Origin: the human T2T-CHM13v2.0 reference genome, Homo sapiens
Length of the DNA stretch: 64,000 nt
NCBI RefSeq assembly: GCF_009914755.1
Contig: NC_060928.1
Reading direction: 5' to 3' (one strand)
The notes under the pieces were generated by a model that saw only the letters and a program-made list of their open reading frames with translations, was not told the DNA's origin and did not search any database. The position numbers and the translations under genes were made by a program. Position 1 is the first letter of the stretch. Every line of letters begins with the position of its first letter. Shown one piece after another: positions 29,141-44,066 of the stretch.

Positions 29141-30205
29141 GTAAATTGTTAATGTGGATGTTTTGACTTACAGGAAGAATTAACTGAATATTGGTAACTA
29201 AGTTCCTTAAGTTATATTGTTAAGAGTGAATAAGAGAGTGAGGAAAATAGGACAGGTACTACATCTTTGTTTTGTTTTGTTTTGTTTTTTTAAGATATAA
29301 TTTGCTTTGGGTTGTAAAATATTTCTTGAATTTTATTTTTTAAAAATATTTTTTAGTTGTGAAGTTAGGGTGTGCTACTATGTGACATCAATTTTTCCCC
29401 AAATGGTCCCTCAGGTGACCATCCAGAGAATAATGAGGGATATTCTGTCTAGAACATACATTTCAATGATAGTTAAGTAACATCTTTGTAAAATAAGGTA
29501 GGAAAAATGAAAGAACTAATTTCCAGAGTAACTCAACGTGGCTACCACTAATTTACATAGAATTTGTTGAAGTATTTATATTTTTAGGCTTTTGAAATCT
29601 TTATGATTAGAACGTTGACTTTTAACATTCCATGTTATAAACTGATTTTCCTTGGACTTTCATTACCTCCCTGAACTAAAAGCCCTTAACAATTATTTCT
29701 TGCATTTTATATATATCTGGGTCTTATATCTCATATTCTGGCTGACCTTCTAAGTGTGTCACAGATAATCAGAGTCTCTAAAAGCAGCCTTTAAAGTCAT
29801 TTCTCCTAAGGAGTTAAAGAGAGCAACATAGTAATTCAGCATCCCTATAGTTTTCATGTCATAATTGAAGATCAAGGTCTGTTTGGCTTTAAAGGTCACT
29901 AGGATTATAGCAACTGGATCTCAGTAATATTCTGTAATTTGAACTGCATATTCTAGTTAAAGAAAAAATTGCTTTGCAAAAATGCAAGCCATTTACAAAT
30001 TAAGATACTTTCATTTAGCACTATGCTACATGGAAGGGATTTTAATTTACTAGCCTAGGAGCAATCTGCAGCAATGGAAGCAACATGGTAGTACATGAAG
30101 ATTTTCACAAAGAATTAGATATGGAGAGGAAAAAAAAACCTAGACAATAATAAACCAGTTTAAATTAAAACACAGAAATGGAAGTGGAAATAAATAATCA
30201 AAGAT

Positions 30206-30432
30206 ACAGGCTGCATATCCCTTATAAGAAATGCTTGGGACCAGAAGTATTCAGATTCTGTATTTTTTCAGATTTTGGAATATTTGCATGATACAGGTTG
30301 ACCATCCCAAATCCTGAAATCCAAAATGCTCCAAAATCTGAAACTTTTTAAGTGACAACATGATGCACAATGGAAATGCTCATTGAAGTATTTAGATTTC
30401 AGATTTTTGGATTTGGGATGTTCAGCTCGTAC
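30206..30432. mobile_element. Tigger4/MER46-type DNA transposon MITE
   Basis: ta-caggctgcatatccctt...caggttgaccatcccaaatcc...gggatgttcagctcg-ta. Confidence 0.75.
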
Positions 30433-30773
30433 TAATTCACTAGAGCAAAAGCTCGAGGAAAACCAAAAAGATGAGTTGTAGATATTTGTAATTTGAAACG
30501 TTTTAAAGGTTTATTCGTTCTCTTCTGAAGACATTAATTTTGAATCTAACATTCCCAGGATAGGTGGATAATTTGGGAGGCAAGTGTTAAAATGTGTACA
30601 TTCTCATTGTATGACTTTACCATCAGTTGGAAACCAGAAAAAATGAATGATTATTTGTAATCCTAAACTTGGATGTGTAGGATAAAGGAACTTGGTGGTT
30701 GTCAAGTACTAGGATAGAATTTTATTTTGCATTTATTAGGTAACTGATAAATACAAGTGTTTACTGCCAACAG

Positions 30774-30914
30774 ATAGTCACGAACGTAAGAAATACAATT
30801 CATGGCTTCAAAAAGCTTCATGGGCGATCATTTGATGATCCCATTGTGCAAACTGAAAGGATCAGGCTTCCCTATGAACTGCAGAAAATGCCTAATGGAA
30901 GTGCAGGAGTTAAG
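30774..30914 (+). CDS. HSPA4L: HSPA4L exon 3
   Basis: caacag| [47 protein letters not shown] |gtaagc. Confidence 0.96.
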
Positions 30915-31184
30915 GTAAGCTTTATATTCCCAGGGTTACAAACATATCTTCAAATTAAGTAAACCCAATGTGATAATATTGCTATTTGTAGTTTGACCTT
31001 TTTCCTCTAGATACAGTACATACACACCGAAGAGATAGTAGTTTTTGTAATAATTTTAGTGAATGCCAGGAGATCTAATTTAGATAATTTTTTCATTCAA
31101 ATCACACTATTATTGTCAAGGAAAAAAGTGGTTATTGAGACTCAAGAGAATAGTTTTTAGGGGATAAAAATGAAGGTATATAGG

Positions 31185-31248
31185 ATTCAGAAGAATAGAC
31201 CCAAAAAGTATGTTAATTCAGAAGAATGGACCCAAAAAGTATGTTAAT
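31185..31248. repeat. 31-bp tandem duplication
   Basis: attcagaagaatRgacccaaaaagtatgtta x2. Confidence 0.9.
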
Positions 31249-31429
31249 AGCTGTAATGAGTTTAATGAGTTCTAATTTAGAAGAATCTTATACTATAAAT
31301 GTTAAAGCATACTTTTCTTCCAAGTAAGAGATGGATTCTGAATTTTTAATTTTATATTCTGAGATAGTTGTAGATTAGTTAACCAAAACATGTTTGTGCT
31401 GATTTTTTTCAAAAACTAGCCTCATAACA

Positions 31430-31985
31430 CATGGAACTACTTACTATATGGCCCCGAAATTCCACTCCTGGGCTTATACTCAAGGGAATTGAAACATACG
31501 TACACATAAAAACTTGTACATGAATGTTCATAAAAGCATTGTTCATAATAGCCAAAAAGTGGAAACGATACAAGTTTCTATCAACTGATGAGTAGATATA
31601 CAAAATGTGGTATATCTTAACACATGGAATATTATTTGCCCATAAAAAGGAATGGAGTACTGGTATGTGCTACAACATGTATGAACTTTGAAAACATGCC
31701 AAGTGAAAGAAGCCAGATACAAAAGGCCACATACTGTATGATTCCTTTTATATAGAATGTTCAGAGTAGAACAAATTCATAGAAACAAAGTCAGATTAGT
31801 GGTTGCTAAGGGTTAAGGGGAAGGAAAAATAGAGAGTGACTGCTAATGGGTTTCTTTTTGGGTGATGAAAATGTTCTACAATTAGATAATGGTGATCAGT
31901 GCACAGCTTTGTGAATATACTGAATTGTACACTTCAGAAGGATAAACTTAATGCTGTGCAAATTATCTCTTAAGAAAGTTATTTT
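31430..31985 (+). mobile_element. L1M 3' region fragment
   Basis: aaaacttgtacatgaatgttcataaaagcattgttcataatagccaaaaagtggaaac...gattagtggttgct...tgaattgtacact. Confidence 0.8.
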
Positions 31986-32602
31986 TAGTAACTAATTTTA
32001 GACTTGATATATGTGTTATGGATATGTACACAGTTCCATTTTTAGAAGAGGGTTCTGACTAAAAGGTGGATGATGAATCGTAGTAAGGAGACAGGAGGCT
32101 GTTAAAATAGTTGAGGAAGACACCATGAGAAGTTGAAGACAGGGAACAAATTGTAAATCCATATTTTAGGTGAAATTTTCAGGTTACTAAAGTGAGTAGC
32201 TGGATGGGTTATGATAGTAACAACTGAGATAAAAAATAATATTCAGATATCTTTTAGATATGATAAGCTCTAGTTAATGGTTACCTAGAGCAGTTTTATT
32301 CTACTCCAGTTTAAAATTTGAACTACTTAATTTTGTAAGTAGTTTAACTTCTTAAAGTGAAAATTAATAGATCAGGCTTTGAGAATAGGCTGAGAAAAAC
32401 AGAATAATGTTTTTAAAGAAAGGCAGAACCAAAGTTTTGAGTGATATAATTTTATACATTCATAGTAAGTGCCTGTAAGCTAGTAGAAAAAGCTTTGAAA
32501 CATCATCTTTTGAAGACTTAAGAAAATCAATGTTCAACTCCTCAAGCATGTTATACATTTGTTTTTTATACATTTATTTAAATTTATTTCATCTAACTTT
32601 AA

Positions 32603-32883
<281 letters not shown>

Positions 32884-33592
32884 TAGAATATTCTTATACA
32901 AAAGAATACTGTATGATCATGCCTCCAAAAGTCAGATTAAGACTACGATTCATTTTCTCTTATTTCTGTTTGCTTGATTTCTTTATGCACCCCTGGTTTA
33001 AAGGCAGTAATTTGGCATAATACTTGTTTTTGAATTTACTTGTAAATAGGTTTGGAAACAAATGCTTATCAATTTTAGGTCTGATTCAGAGTAAATCTTA
33101 TGTCATTAGATATATATATTTATACATACTCATATACATAAACACATTGTGCTGCTTGAAAGAATGATGTTCTCATTTCCTTTTCCAAAACTGTATGACT
33201 GAAGCTTTTATTTTAAACCCAGGGAGAGTTCTGACTTTCAAAAGAAAGATTATTTGATCTTTTCCTTTTTCATTGTTTGCTGTGTCACATTTGGAAAATG
33301 AATTATAAAAATTGTTTTTGTGGGAAGTGGGGATCTGAGAGGGTAGAAACTACACTTTTGAAAATACTTTGGTTATAATACTGTCTGTAAGGTACTACAG
33401 CCTCAGAAATGACATAGTCACTGTTTTTAATGGGATCATGATTCTAAAATGACAATCTTTCTGGAATAAAACTTCCTTGAGCAAGGGTGTCTTTTTCCCA
33501 TTGTATGTCTATCACATATACAGTAGGTGCTCACTGAATATTTGTTGGATAAACAAATGACTCTTAATAAATATCCCAACTTTTGGTGTTAG

Positions 33593-33766
<174 letters not shown>

Positions 33767-35180
33767 TAATGTAATATTGAAAGATTTTTCTTCCCTTACA
33801 CTTTCTGCCCTTATCCAGTAAATAACCTAAATCCATCTGACTTTCTTTTTAAAAAAACTGCCTTATTTGCTAAAGTTTAGGATTGAATTTCCCATAAAAT
33901 CAATTATGATGAGCAGTGACTCTTAAAAAACTGTTATGTAACTAGTGACTGCTGCTATCTGGGATTTATCCCTAAGAATCTTCTCAGATAGCAATTAACT
34001 TCCCACCTGTGAGGACCTTAACATTTTATAGCAAAGGTTGAAAATTTCTAGTTGGGAATTTGAGGTTGTGTATCAGGGGAAAAAAAAGATCTTTAAGGAT
34101 TCTTAACATTTAAATTATTTACCGTCTTATCTCTTGAGGTCCCATTAAACATTGTTAACTGGTTCTTTACCTACATGTTAACTAAATTGATATATTCCTA
34201 CTATTCAACTTGACTACAAAAGTTCAAGAGTCTTATGTCATCAGAAAAACAGAATCAGATGATGAACTTTTCAGTGAGTTTAGTAATCAATTTTTTTTCA
34301 TAGGCATTTGGAATTTTTTTAATGGGAGAAAAATATTAGAGCTTAATATTTTATTTTCTAGCCATTTAGTAATAGCAAATAATAGAGTTTACCATTGACC
34401 AGGTACTATTTATAGGCATTTTAACCCATTTAATCTCAGAAGCAATCTATAAGGTAGGGATATTATTAACCCTAGTTTTACAGATTCAAAAAGTAGGATA
34501 CTGAGATGTCAAATAACTTGCCCAAAATCAGCACAGCTAATATAGTGTTAGAGCCAGATAGTTAATTCCCAAGCCCATGCTCATAATTGTTATACTGCCA
34601 CTTGAAAGGATTTGTTAGAATCATACAAATTTTAAAGATTCGTCTTAAATTCAAATCCATTTCTATTTAATTATATTTTTCCTTGTGTGTCAGAAATTCA
34701 TGTCAGAACAGAGTAATACAAACTTTTGACCATTATTAACTTTGTGGTTGGTGCAGTAGACCCATTGTAAGCTCTACAGGGACAAGTATTTTGTCTGGTT
34801 TGTGCACTGTTTTCCTGGTAGCTAGAAAAGTACCTGGTTTGTAAGTGCTCAATGAATATTAAATGAACCATGCATGATAACTTAGATTTTTGTCAGGAGG
34901 ATAATACCAAATCAGCAAAATTTATATTCTTTTCCTGTTGCTAATCTGTTCAATGAAATTTCTAAATTCATAAAACAATAAAATTAAAGGAAGCTACTTA
35001 TTTGAAACTTAAAACTGGAAGAGCCCAAGTTGTTTTATATGTAAATACACTTAATAGCTTTTTAGAAATGGGTCTATATGTCAAAATACTTCTCAGTTTG
35101 ATAAAACTAGGGTGTATACATACGTACATCTTTATACATTTTAAGACTGAGTTTAATTTTTAAATAGAGATGTAGTTAAT

Positions 35181-35490
35181 GGGCTGGGCATGGCGGCTTA
35201 TGTCTGTAACCCTAGTACTTTGGGAGACCAAAGCAGGAGGATTGCTTGAGGCCAGTAGTTAACAGACCAGCCTGGGCAACCATAGTGAGACCCGTCTCTA
35301 CAGTTTTGTTTTGTTTTTTTTTAACTAGCCAGGCATGGTGGCACACACCTGTAGTCTCAGCTACTCAGGGGGCTGAAGCAAAAGGATTGCTTGAGCCCAG
35401 GAGTTTAAAGCTGCAGTGAGCTATGATTGTACCACTGCACTTCAGCCTGTGAGGCAGAGCTAGACACAGTCTCTTTCAGAAAAAAAAATT
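35181..35490 (+). mobile_element. AluJ-like
   Basis: Diverged Alu dimer. Confidence 0.85.
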
Positions 35491-36143
35491 TTGTATACAT
35501 ATATATGTATGTGTGTATGTATGTATGTATATTTTTTCAATGTTATTTGGTGATTGTTAAAGGAAATTCCTATTTATCACAAGTTCCCTACAATATAGTT
35601 CCCCTCCTTTGAAATATAATTGTTTTAAACAGTTGGGACTGTATTCTTCTGGTTGGGTGTATATACGCACGATAATGAAGTAATGTTATATGTGCCCTTT
35701 TTTAACATAATAAAGATAGAATTCCATAACAATTCAGATCTACCTGATTCTTTGTAACAGCTACATAGGATTCCATTATATGGATATACCATAATATATT
35801 TCTCTAATCTCATTTTCAGACTCTTGAGTTTTCAGTTTTTTATTATGAAAGATGAGCAAATATATTTTTAATAGATCAGAATAACACAGGAAGTATTTAG
35901 ACGAATAAAACTTAGGCAACTCTGCCATATTACCTTACTTTAAATTAGTATTCATACTTTAGGTCAGATTTTTATGGTATAGAAATTGTCAAACTTAAAA
36001 AATAAAACACTAGTATTTTTCCTCTTTAGTTAGAACATCTTTATTTGCCTTAAACTGTACATAAGTTTTAGGGTAATTATATTTTTCAGTTGACAAAATG
36101 TTTACATAAAACATTATACTTAACTGTTGTTTTTAAATACTAG

Positions 36144-36260
<117 letters not shown>

Positions 36261-36462
36261 TGAAAATCACTATAAGCAAAATACTGTTCTAGTTTTTTTC
36301 TAATTATTAACAAAGCATTATTTTTTTTTAACTCCAAGGCAAGAGGATTGCTTGAGCCTGGGAGTTGAAAGCTGCAGTGAGCTATGATCATACCACTGCA
36401 CTTCAGCCTGTGAGGCAGAGCTAGACACAGTCTCTTTAAAAAAATTTGATATATATAAAAAT

Positions 36463-36465
<3 letters not shown>

Positions 36466-36493
<28 letters not shown>
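36466..36493. repeat. (GT)n microsatellite
   Basis: Uninterrupted GT run. Confidence 0.9.
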
Positions 36494-36498
<5 letters not shown>

Positions 36499-36622
36499 AC
36501 TGATTCTTATAAGCTTGTTACTTTGTAGTACAACTTTTTGGCAGAGGTTAAATATGTCTTAATGGCTTTACAAATCTTTACTATTACAGAGTTATAGATG
36601 AGTAAGGAAAAAATAAAGTTAA

Positions 36623-36946
<324 letters not shown>

Positions 36947-36969
36947 TAAGAACACAGACTAAAGAACCG

Positions 36970-37180
36970 TAATAGCTGGGTTCGAATCCTGGCTCTGCCC
37001 CTTAAACTATGACCTCAAGCAAGTTACTTAATCTCCCTAAATCTTCAGTTTGTTTATCTGAGAACAACAGTAGTAACTACCTCATATAATTTTTCAGGAC
37101 AAAATGAGTTAATGTGTACAAAATTCTTGGAAAGCCTGGCATAGGGTAGCTGCTATAATATATATTAGCTATTTTTATTG
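36970..37180 (+). mobile_element. MIR (other MIR pieces near 4950-5070, 15230-15460, 28575-28740, 34375-34600, 56570-56930, 63340-63570)
   Basis: ctgggttcgaatcctggctctgcc...gacctcaagcaagttacttaatctccctaaatcttcagttt core. Confidence 0.75.
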
Positions 37181-38593
37181 TTGTTTCTATTGTTAGGTTG
37201 TTAAGTCATCTATCAGGAAGCATAAATTATTTATCCATAAATGTAATTACAGGAAGCATTTTCTAAAATGATTCCCATTGATTTTAGAAACCTTTCTATC
37301 CAAGCGTTCTAATCGTAATTTTACTTCTGTGTGCTTCTTACAAATTAGGTTTATAATCATTTTTACATTGATTCTTTTGTCCAGACTTATGATCTCTCTC
37401 CAGTATGCACAGAGTAGAGTTTACTTAGGAGATAAACTGCAACACTGCAAGAGTATTCTGTCTTAATTTATATTACTATAATAGCATCTTTGTAATCAAA
37501 AAATTAAAGGGAAATGACTCAGACTGAATATAGGGTAATTTTCAGTATAGATTGACTTAATCCTTGGCCTTTAGTCTTACATATTAACTTACTTTAAAAA
37601 GAACGTTTTTTTCCTTCCTTTTTAGTAGGTAACTTTGTAGTGAAATACGATTTTTAGATCACAGACCCGTTTGAAAATCTGATCAAGGCTATAGCCCTTC
37701 TTCCAAAATACACACCTGTACTAGTTATATACCAAGATAATTTTGCATTTAATTTTGGGTAATACTAGACTTCATGAGAGGTCTATACATGGATTCTCCA
37801 TGCTAGTCTGTGGGGCGACATTCCACGCAGATTGTACTCATATCCTCCTGTGATATTTACCACCATACTACCACCCCACCACCCACCTTATAATGAAAGA
37901 GCTGCAAAACCACCCCAACAGTAGGATTCTTTATTAGTGACTGTTGTAAGTAGTCATTTAACCCTAGGGAGAGAGCCTAGATGTTTGGTCCTATGTTTTC
38001 AAGAACTGTAGTGTTGAATTTCTATGACTCTCTTCTGCTGGGAAGCCTGTTGCTCAACCAGCTTGTTAAATTGTTACCTGGTTTTTTTGTTGGTTGGTTT
38101 TTTCGTTGTGTTTTTTGTTTTTTTGTGTGTTTTGTTTTTGTTTCTGTTTTTTTGTAATAGTCAAAAGGCCTAATTTCTGATCCGTAAATTGACCAATTAT
38201 GGTATTTTATATTTAATCTTTGAATCTGCTTTTCTTGGATGTTTTGCTCATGTTTATATGCTTAGGACTGTTTCTTTGCTCTCTTAAACTTGGTTTTGGT
38301 CTATCTGTTCAGTGCTGTTGTAGAACCAAGTGACTGAGATAATGAGGCTTTAGTTGTTGTAATTCAGTTATTTCTGAATTAGAATTCTTTTAATTATGAT
38401 ATATGGATCTGTAACTATAAAGTAGAAAATTCAGAATAAGGAAATATGTTGACTAAATATAAGTGATAATTTAACTCTGATTCCAAATTCAGCACCCCTG
38501 TGATTGGACAAGTTTTTTTAGCGTCATTTTTATTTTTACATTTTTTTATTTTAGAGGTTTTTCTTTTTTTTTTGGAAGAATCTATATTTCTGA

Positions 38594-38884
<291 letters not shown>

Positions 38885-39005
38885 TAGTTTGAAAAGTGTT
38901 TACTTATTTTATAATGTTTAGATCACGTCTGATTTGTTTGTTGTTTTAGAAGATACGCTCAACTTTTAATCCCAGAATAATGAATTTTATTCTATTTTCT
39001 CACAG

Positions 39006-39082
39006 GGCTCAATTTGAACAACTGTGTGCTTCCCTTTTGGCCAGGGTTGAACCACCTTTAAAAGCAGTAATGGAACAAGCTA
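39006..39082 (+). CDS. HSPA4L: HSPA4L exon 8
   Basis: ctcacag|[27 protein letters not shown]|gtaagt. Confidence 0.96.
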
Positions 39083-39318
39083 GTAAGTGGAAATTACTGG
39101 ACTATCAAAACTGTACCATAATGTTGCCTACTTAGCGGGGGTAGATAATGATAAAATAAATTTTTAAAACTTTGTTTTTTAAAAAGATTTATATTTCTCA
39201 TTTTAGGGAAGGAGATTATAACTCATTATTCATAAGAGTAAGGCAGTATAATTCTGGGTTTATGAGAATTCTTCCTGGATCTTCTTATTGTTTATATCAT
39301 AAATCTCATGCTAGTTCT

Positions 39319-39644
<326 letters not shown>

Positions 39645-40050
39645 CTAGTTCTATTTGGAAGTGTTTATAAACTATAGATGATTCTAAAATGAAATTAATG
39701 TAGAAATGGGGACATAATTGCTTTTTCGTAAGGATTTTGGTAATCAATTAAAAATATCTTCTATAGGGATTTAGGAGGTAGAAATAAGAAAATTGAAGGA
39801 CTCTGAAGAGCTCCTTTAAAACCCATGAAGTGCTTTTCTCTTTCTATTGCCACTCCATCATCTGGACCAAGTTGGACCAAGTGCATTGCCTGTCACATAA
39901 ATAATATTTATTAAATGTTATATCTTTCTAAAAATTGTATTTTTCTTCCCTTTTATTTTCTGACAAGTAAAAAGTCAATCCACTTTTTAAAAAAGTACTC
40001 GACAAAGCCTTCTGTTGAGATTTTTAAAGACTATCATTTTTCTCAATTAA

Positions 40051-40218
<168 letters not shown>

Positions 40219-40677
40219 TAATTGTTATTTTATTTTTTAGAATATGTATTTTGCCAGAAATGAGTGATAGATCCAAAGGGGCCTTTTAATGTTATCTGTT
40301 CCATCCACTTATCAATAAGCTAAAGTAAATTGAAGTTATTTCTGATAAATAAGTCTTATGTCTTTCCCATTTATGTTTTTAAGCTATAATAGGACAGTGT
40401 GTCTGTAAGGACACTGAAAGAATATTAATTTTACAAATTATTGCAGTCTGCCCATTTAAAATCCCTTTTGGAGATGTAAAGATATTCTGTTAATTTTTAT
40501 AAGGTCACATAAAGAGTACTCAGGCCCTTTTAAATTTTCACTTCTCATTGCCAAAAACCAGTAACTTTTAAAATGTAACAGTTGTAATAGGAGGACTCTA
40601 TTAAGCAGTTCAATCAGAGTAACCTAGGGTATGTTTTGTATTTGTTGATTTAAATATGGTATACATCTTATTTTCAG

Positions 40678-40784
40678 TGTGCGATTCTCTCACCAGCATT
40701 TAAAGTGCGTGAATTTTCCATAACAGACCTTGTTCCCTATTCAATCACATTAAGGTGGAAGACCTCTTTTGAAGATGGAAGTGG
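40678..40784 (+). CDS. HSPA4L: HSPA4L exon 10
   Basis: ttttcag| [37 protein letters not shown]|gtaagt. Confidence 0.96.
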
Positions 40785-42986
40785 GTAAGTTATTTTTAAA
40801 ACCTTGATTAGAGCTTGTCATAAATCTTTACCCAGTTAAACCTACTTTTCTAAATTAGAGAAATTTACGCTTCTTAAAATTCTGCCAAATACTTTAAAAT
40901 AATGTATTAAAGAGATATAAAAATGATATATCACCTATAAATCATAATTGGGCATATTTTTAAATTTATGTTTTTTATAAAAGTAAAACAAGGCTCATTT
41001 TCAAATAAATCACAGTATAGAAGTATAAAAAAGACCTGCATTTGTCATATTCTCTCTTAGCCCATTTTACAGACATAAACATTTTTAAAAGCTAGTTTAT
41101 CTGTCCAGTCATTTTCTTTGACTATCCATAAATAAATAAAATCATACATTTCTTAGGTACATATAGAATTATCTATAAATCTCTAGTGCAACTTAGCTTT
41201 TTTAATTATATTGTATTTTATTTTTCCATGTCAACAGACAGTAACTGTTTTTTCAATAGTTATATGTGCCATAATAAATTTAACCAATACAGTATTAAGT
41301 CATATTTTTGCTATTTTAAACAGTGCTAGTAAGAACATCCTTGTGCACAAACCCTTGTTCAGTTGTGCTTGGTATATCTGTAAGACAGCAGTGTAGGAAT
41401 GGAATTGTTTAGCCAAAGAATATGCACATTATTTTGAGTAATATTTGCAAATTATTCACTAAAAGGATACTGGTTTATATTCCTATTAACTTTCATGAGA
41501 TTGCCTCTTTTAGCTCATTTTCTCCTGTACTTTTAATTGAACATGCCAATATTTTAAAAAAAGCACTGTTATTAAATTAATGTTTCCCTCTGTCATAAGC
41601 TACAATATTTTCATGCTTGCATTAACATTTACATTTTTTTCCATGAACTGCCCAGGATTTAGGTAGCCTGCTTCCCTACCAGAATCAAAATTTATATTTC
41701 AAATATTTTACTTGACTGCTTTTCAGAAGTATAGCTTGTACAATGAATAATGGTGTGTTTACATTTTGAAGTTATTTTTTAAATTTTGTTCTGTGTTCTG
41801 TACATAAGTACCCCCAAGAAAATGAGATTTTTGTATACATTTCAAAAATATGGATTTTCAGCCTTATCTGAATGTCTTGCAAAAGATTTTAATGGCATGT
41901 GTTAATGTCAGTTTTTTTCTTTTTAAATAATTTTTCACCTGTCTGCCCCAGATAATGTCAATTTTGAGGCAAGAATCATTATTCTATAAAATTTAATTTC
42001 AGTTTCAAGGTATAAGTGATCCAGAAAAAAATTGTAAGAAAACGTATGGGGAGCTAAATTGAAAAGTAAATATAGCCTAATGACTACAAAAAGAAAGTAG
42101 AAGGTATTGGTAGTTTCTTGAAAACTAGGATAGAGTAAGAAGTTTGTGGATTCAAGATTTTAAAATCTTCCATACTTATAGTAATAGGATGATATATAGT
42201 ATTAAAGATTGGTTTCTGGGCCACTATAACAAATAGTCATAAACTGTTTCTGTTAAACAATTTAAGGAATAGGAATTGCTATGTAGGTTTTAAAAACTCC
42301 CTGTATTGGAGGGGTAAAATGCTGCAAAGGACATTGTTGTATCAACTGAAAAAAAGATGGAAATATGAATAGGTAAAGCATCAGAGAATATCCCTATTAG
42401 GATGCACACTGACGTTTTTAGGGGTAAAGCACCATAATGTATGTATAACCCTCGGTTGGTTCAGGAAAAATATATACAGAAAGTGTGTGCACTCAGATGA
42501 TGAAACAAATGGAGTAAAGTAGCAAATCTAGGTAAAAGATATACAAGTGTTCCTTGTCCTATTTTTAATTTTGCACCTTTTCATAGGTTTAAAATTATTT
42601 GCAAACAAAAGTTTCTATTAAAGGTAGCCAGAATTAAAAGGGTAATAGGTGGCAAGTATTTTAGAAGTTAATGGGTAGGACTTGGCCCTCATATGTGAGG
42701 GAAAAAAACCATACACATTGGCCTTAAAATATACGTATTCTCAGGTAATTTTTCTCTTTTTAATAGTATACAGTTGTCTGTTATTATGATAGACATTATG
42801 AAAACTTTGAGCCATAAATCTGTTGCAATGCATGTTTAGAGCAAAATCAGTAATTGTTTTTTCTTTTTATTTGTGCAGAGATTTTTGCAGTTGCTGCTAA
42901 TGAATTAAGAATGAAATGGATTCAGTAAATAGGTTCATAGGCAACTTTCTATTTGTTTCTAAGTGAGTTCTTTCCCTCCATTTTAG

Positions 42987-43120
42987 GGAATGTGAAGTTT
43001 TCTGTAAGAACCATCCTGCCCCATTCTCAAAAGTCATTACTTTCCACAAGAAGGAACCATTTGAACTAGAAGCATTTTATACTAATTTACATGAAGTGCC
43101 TTATCCTGATGCAAGAATTG
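42987..43120 (+). CDS. HSPA4L: HSPA4L exon 11
   Basis: ttttag|[46 protein letters not shown]|gtaaga. Confidence 0.96.
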
Positions 43121-43310
43121 GTAAGATAAAAAAAAGTTCTCCATAACATTTTGGCCTTTTATAAATAATGTGTTATTTTAGAATCAAGGAAACAAATAGA
43201 CATTTCAGCTAAGCCAGTATGGGACTTTTAAAGAAAGATATTTATACTCTTTCTAGAAATGTGCATTTGTAGTGCTCAGTTTATTTCTATAATGACAGCA
43301 GGGTTTACTG

Positions 43311-43718
43311 CAGTCGGCCCTCAGTATTCATGAGTTTGGCATCTGTACATTCAGCCAATATTAGGAAAAACAAGTGTCTGTACTGAACATGCCTAGACTT
43401 TTTTTTTCTTGTCATTAATACATGTAACAACTACTGACATACCATTTATTTTGTAGTAGGTATCATAATTAACCTAGAGATGATATAGACTTAAGAGTAT
43501 TTGGGAGGTTGTATGTAGGTTATACACAAAATACTATGTCATTTTTTTTAATAAGGGACTTGACTACCAGAGGATTGCTTGAGCCCAGGAGTTGAAGACT
43601 AGCCTGGGCAGTATAGTGAGACCCCATTTCACTCACATGCAAAATGATGTATAAAAGGTTCTTCCATCCTCAGAGAGACCTGGGACCAATACTCAATGGA
43701 TACTGAGGGGACAGCTAT
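43311..43718. mobile_element. Tigger3/MER7-type element with a small Alu fragment inside (~43570-43630)
   Basis: cagtcggccctcagtattcatg ... ggatactgagggacagcta termini. Confidence 0.7.
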
Positions 43719-43759
43719 ATTTCTAATTCATTTTTACTTCTATATTTAAAATGCTGTGC

Positions 43760-43925
43760 AAAAATTAGCTGGGTGTGGTGGCACACACTTGTAATCTCAG
43801 CTACTCAGGAGGCTGAGGCAGGAGAATTGCTCGAACCCAGGAGGCAGAGGCTGCAGTGAACTGAGATTATGCCACTGCACTCCAGCCTAGGCGACACAGT
43901 GAGACTCCCTCTATCAAAATAAAAT
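43760..43925 (+). mobile_element. Alu right arm only
   Basis: aaaaattagctgggtgtggtggc...; flanked by aaaatgctStg. Confidence 0.8.
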
Positions 43926-44066
43926 GCTCTGTAACTGTCCTGAAAGGTTTGTGTGATAATTATTTTTTACTGAAAAACTTAACTTTAATTGGTATATTCT
44001 AATTTTAAACTTAATGTTTACTGGCAACAACTAGAATGACTATTACTGGATTAATATGAAGGTGAG

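Noticed and set aside
38081-38155. GT/T-rich low-complexity tract
   Set aside because: Decayed poly(T)/(GTTTT)n simple repeat with no further structure
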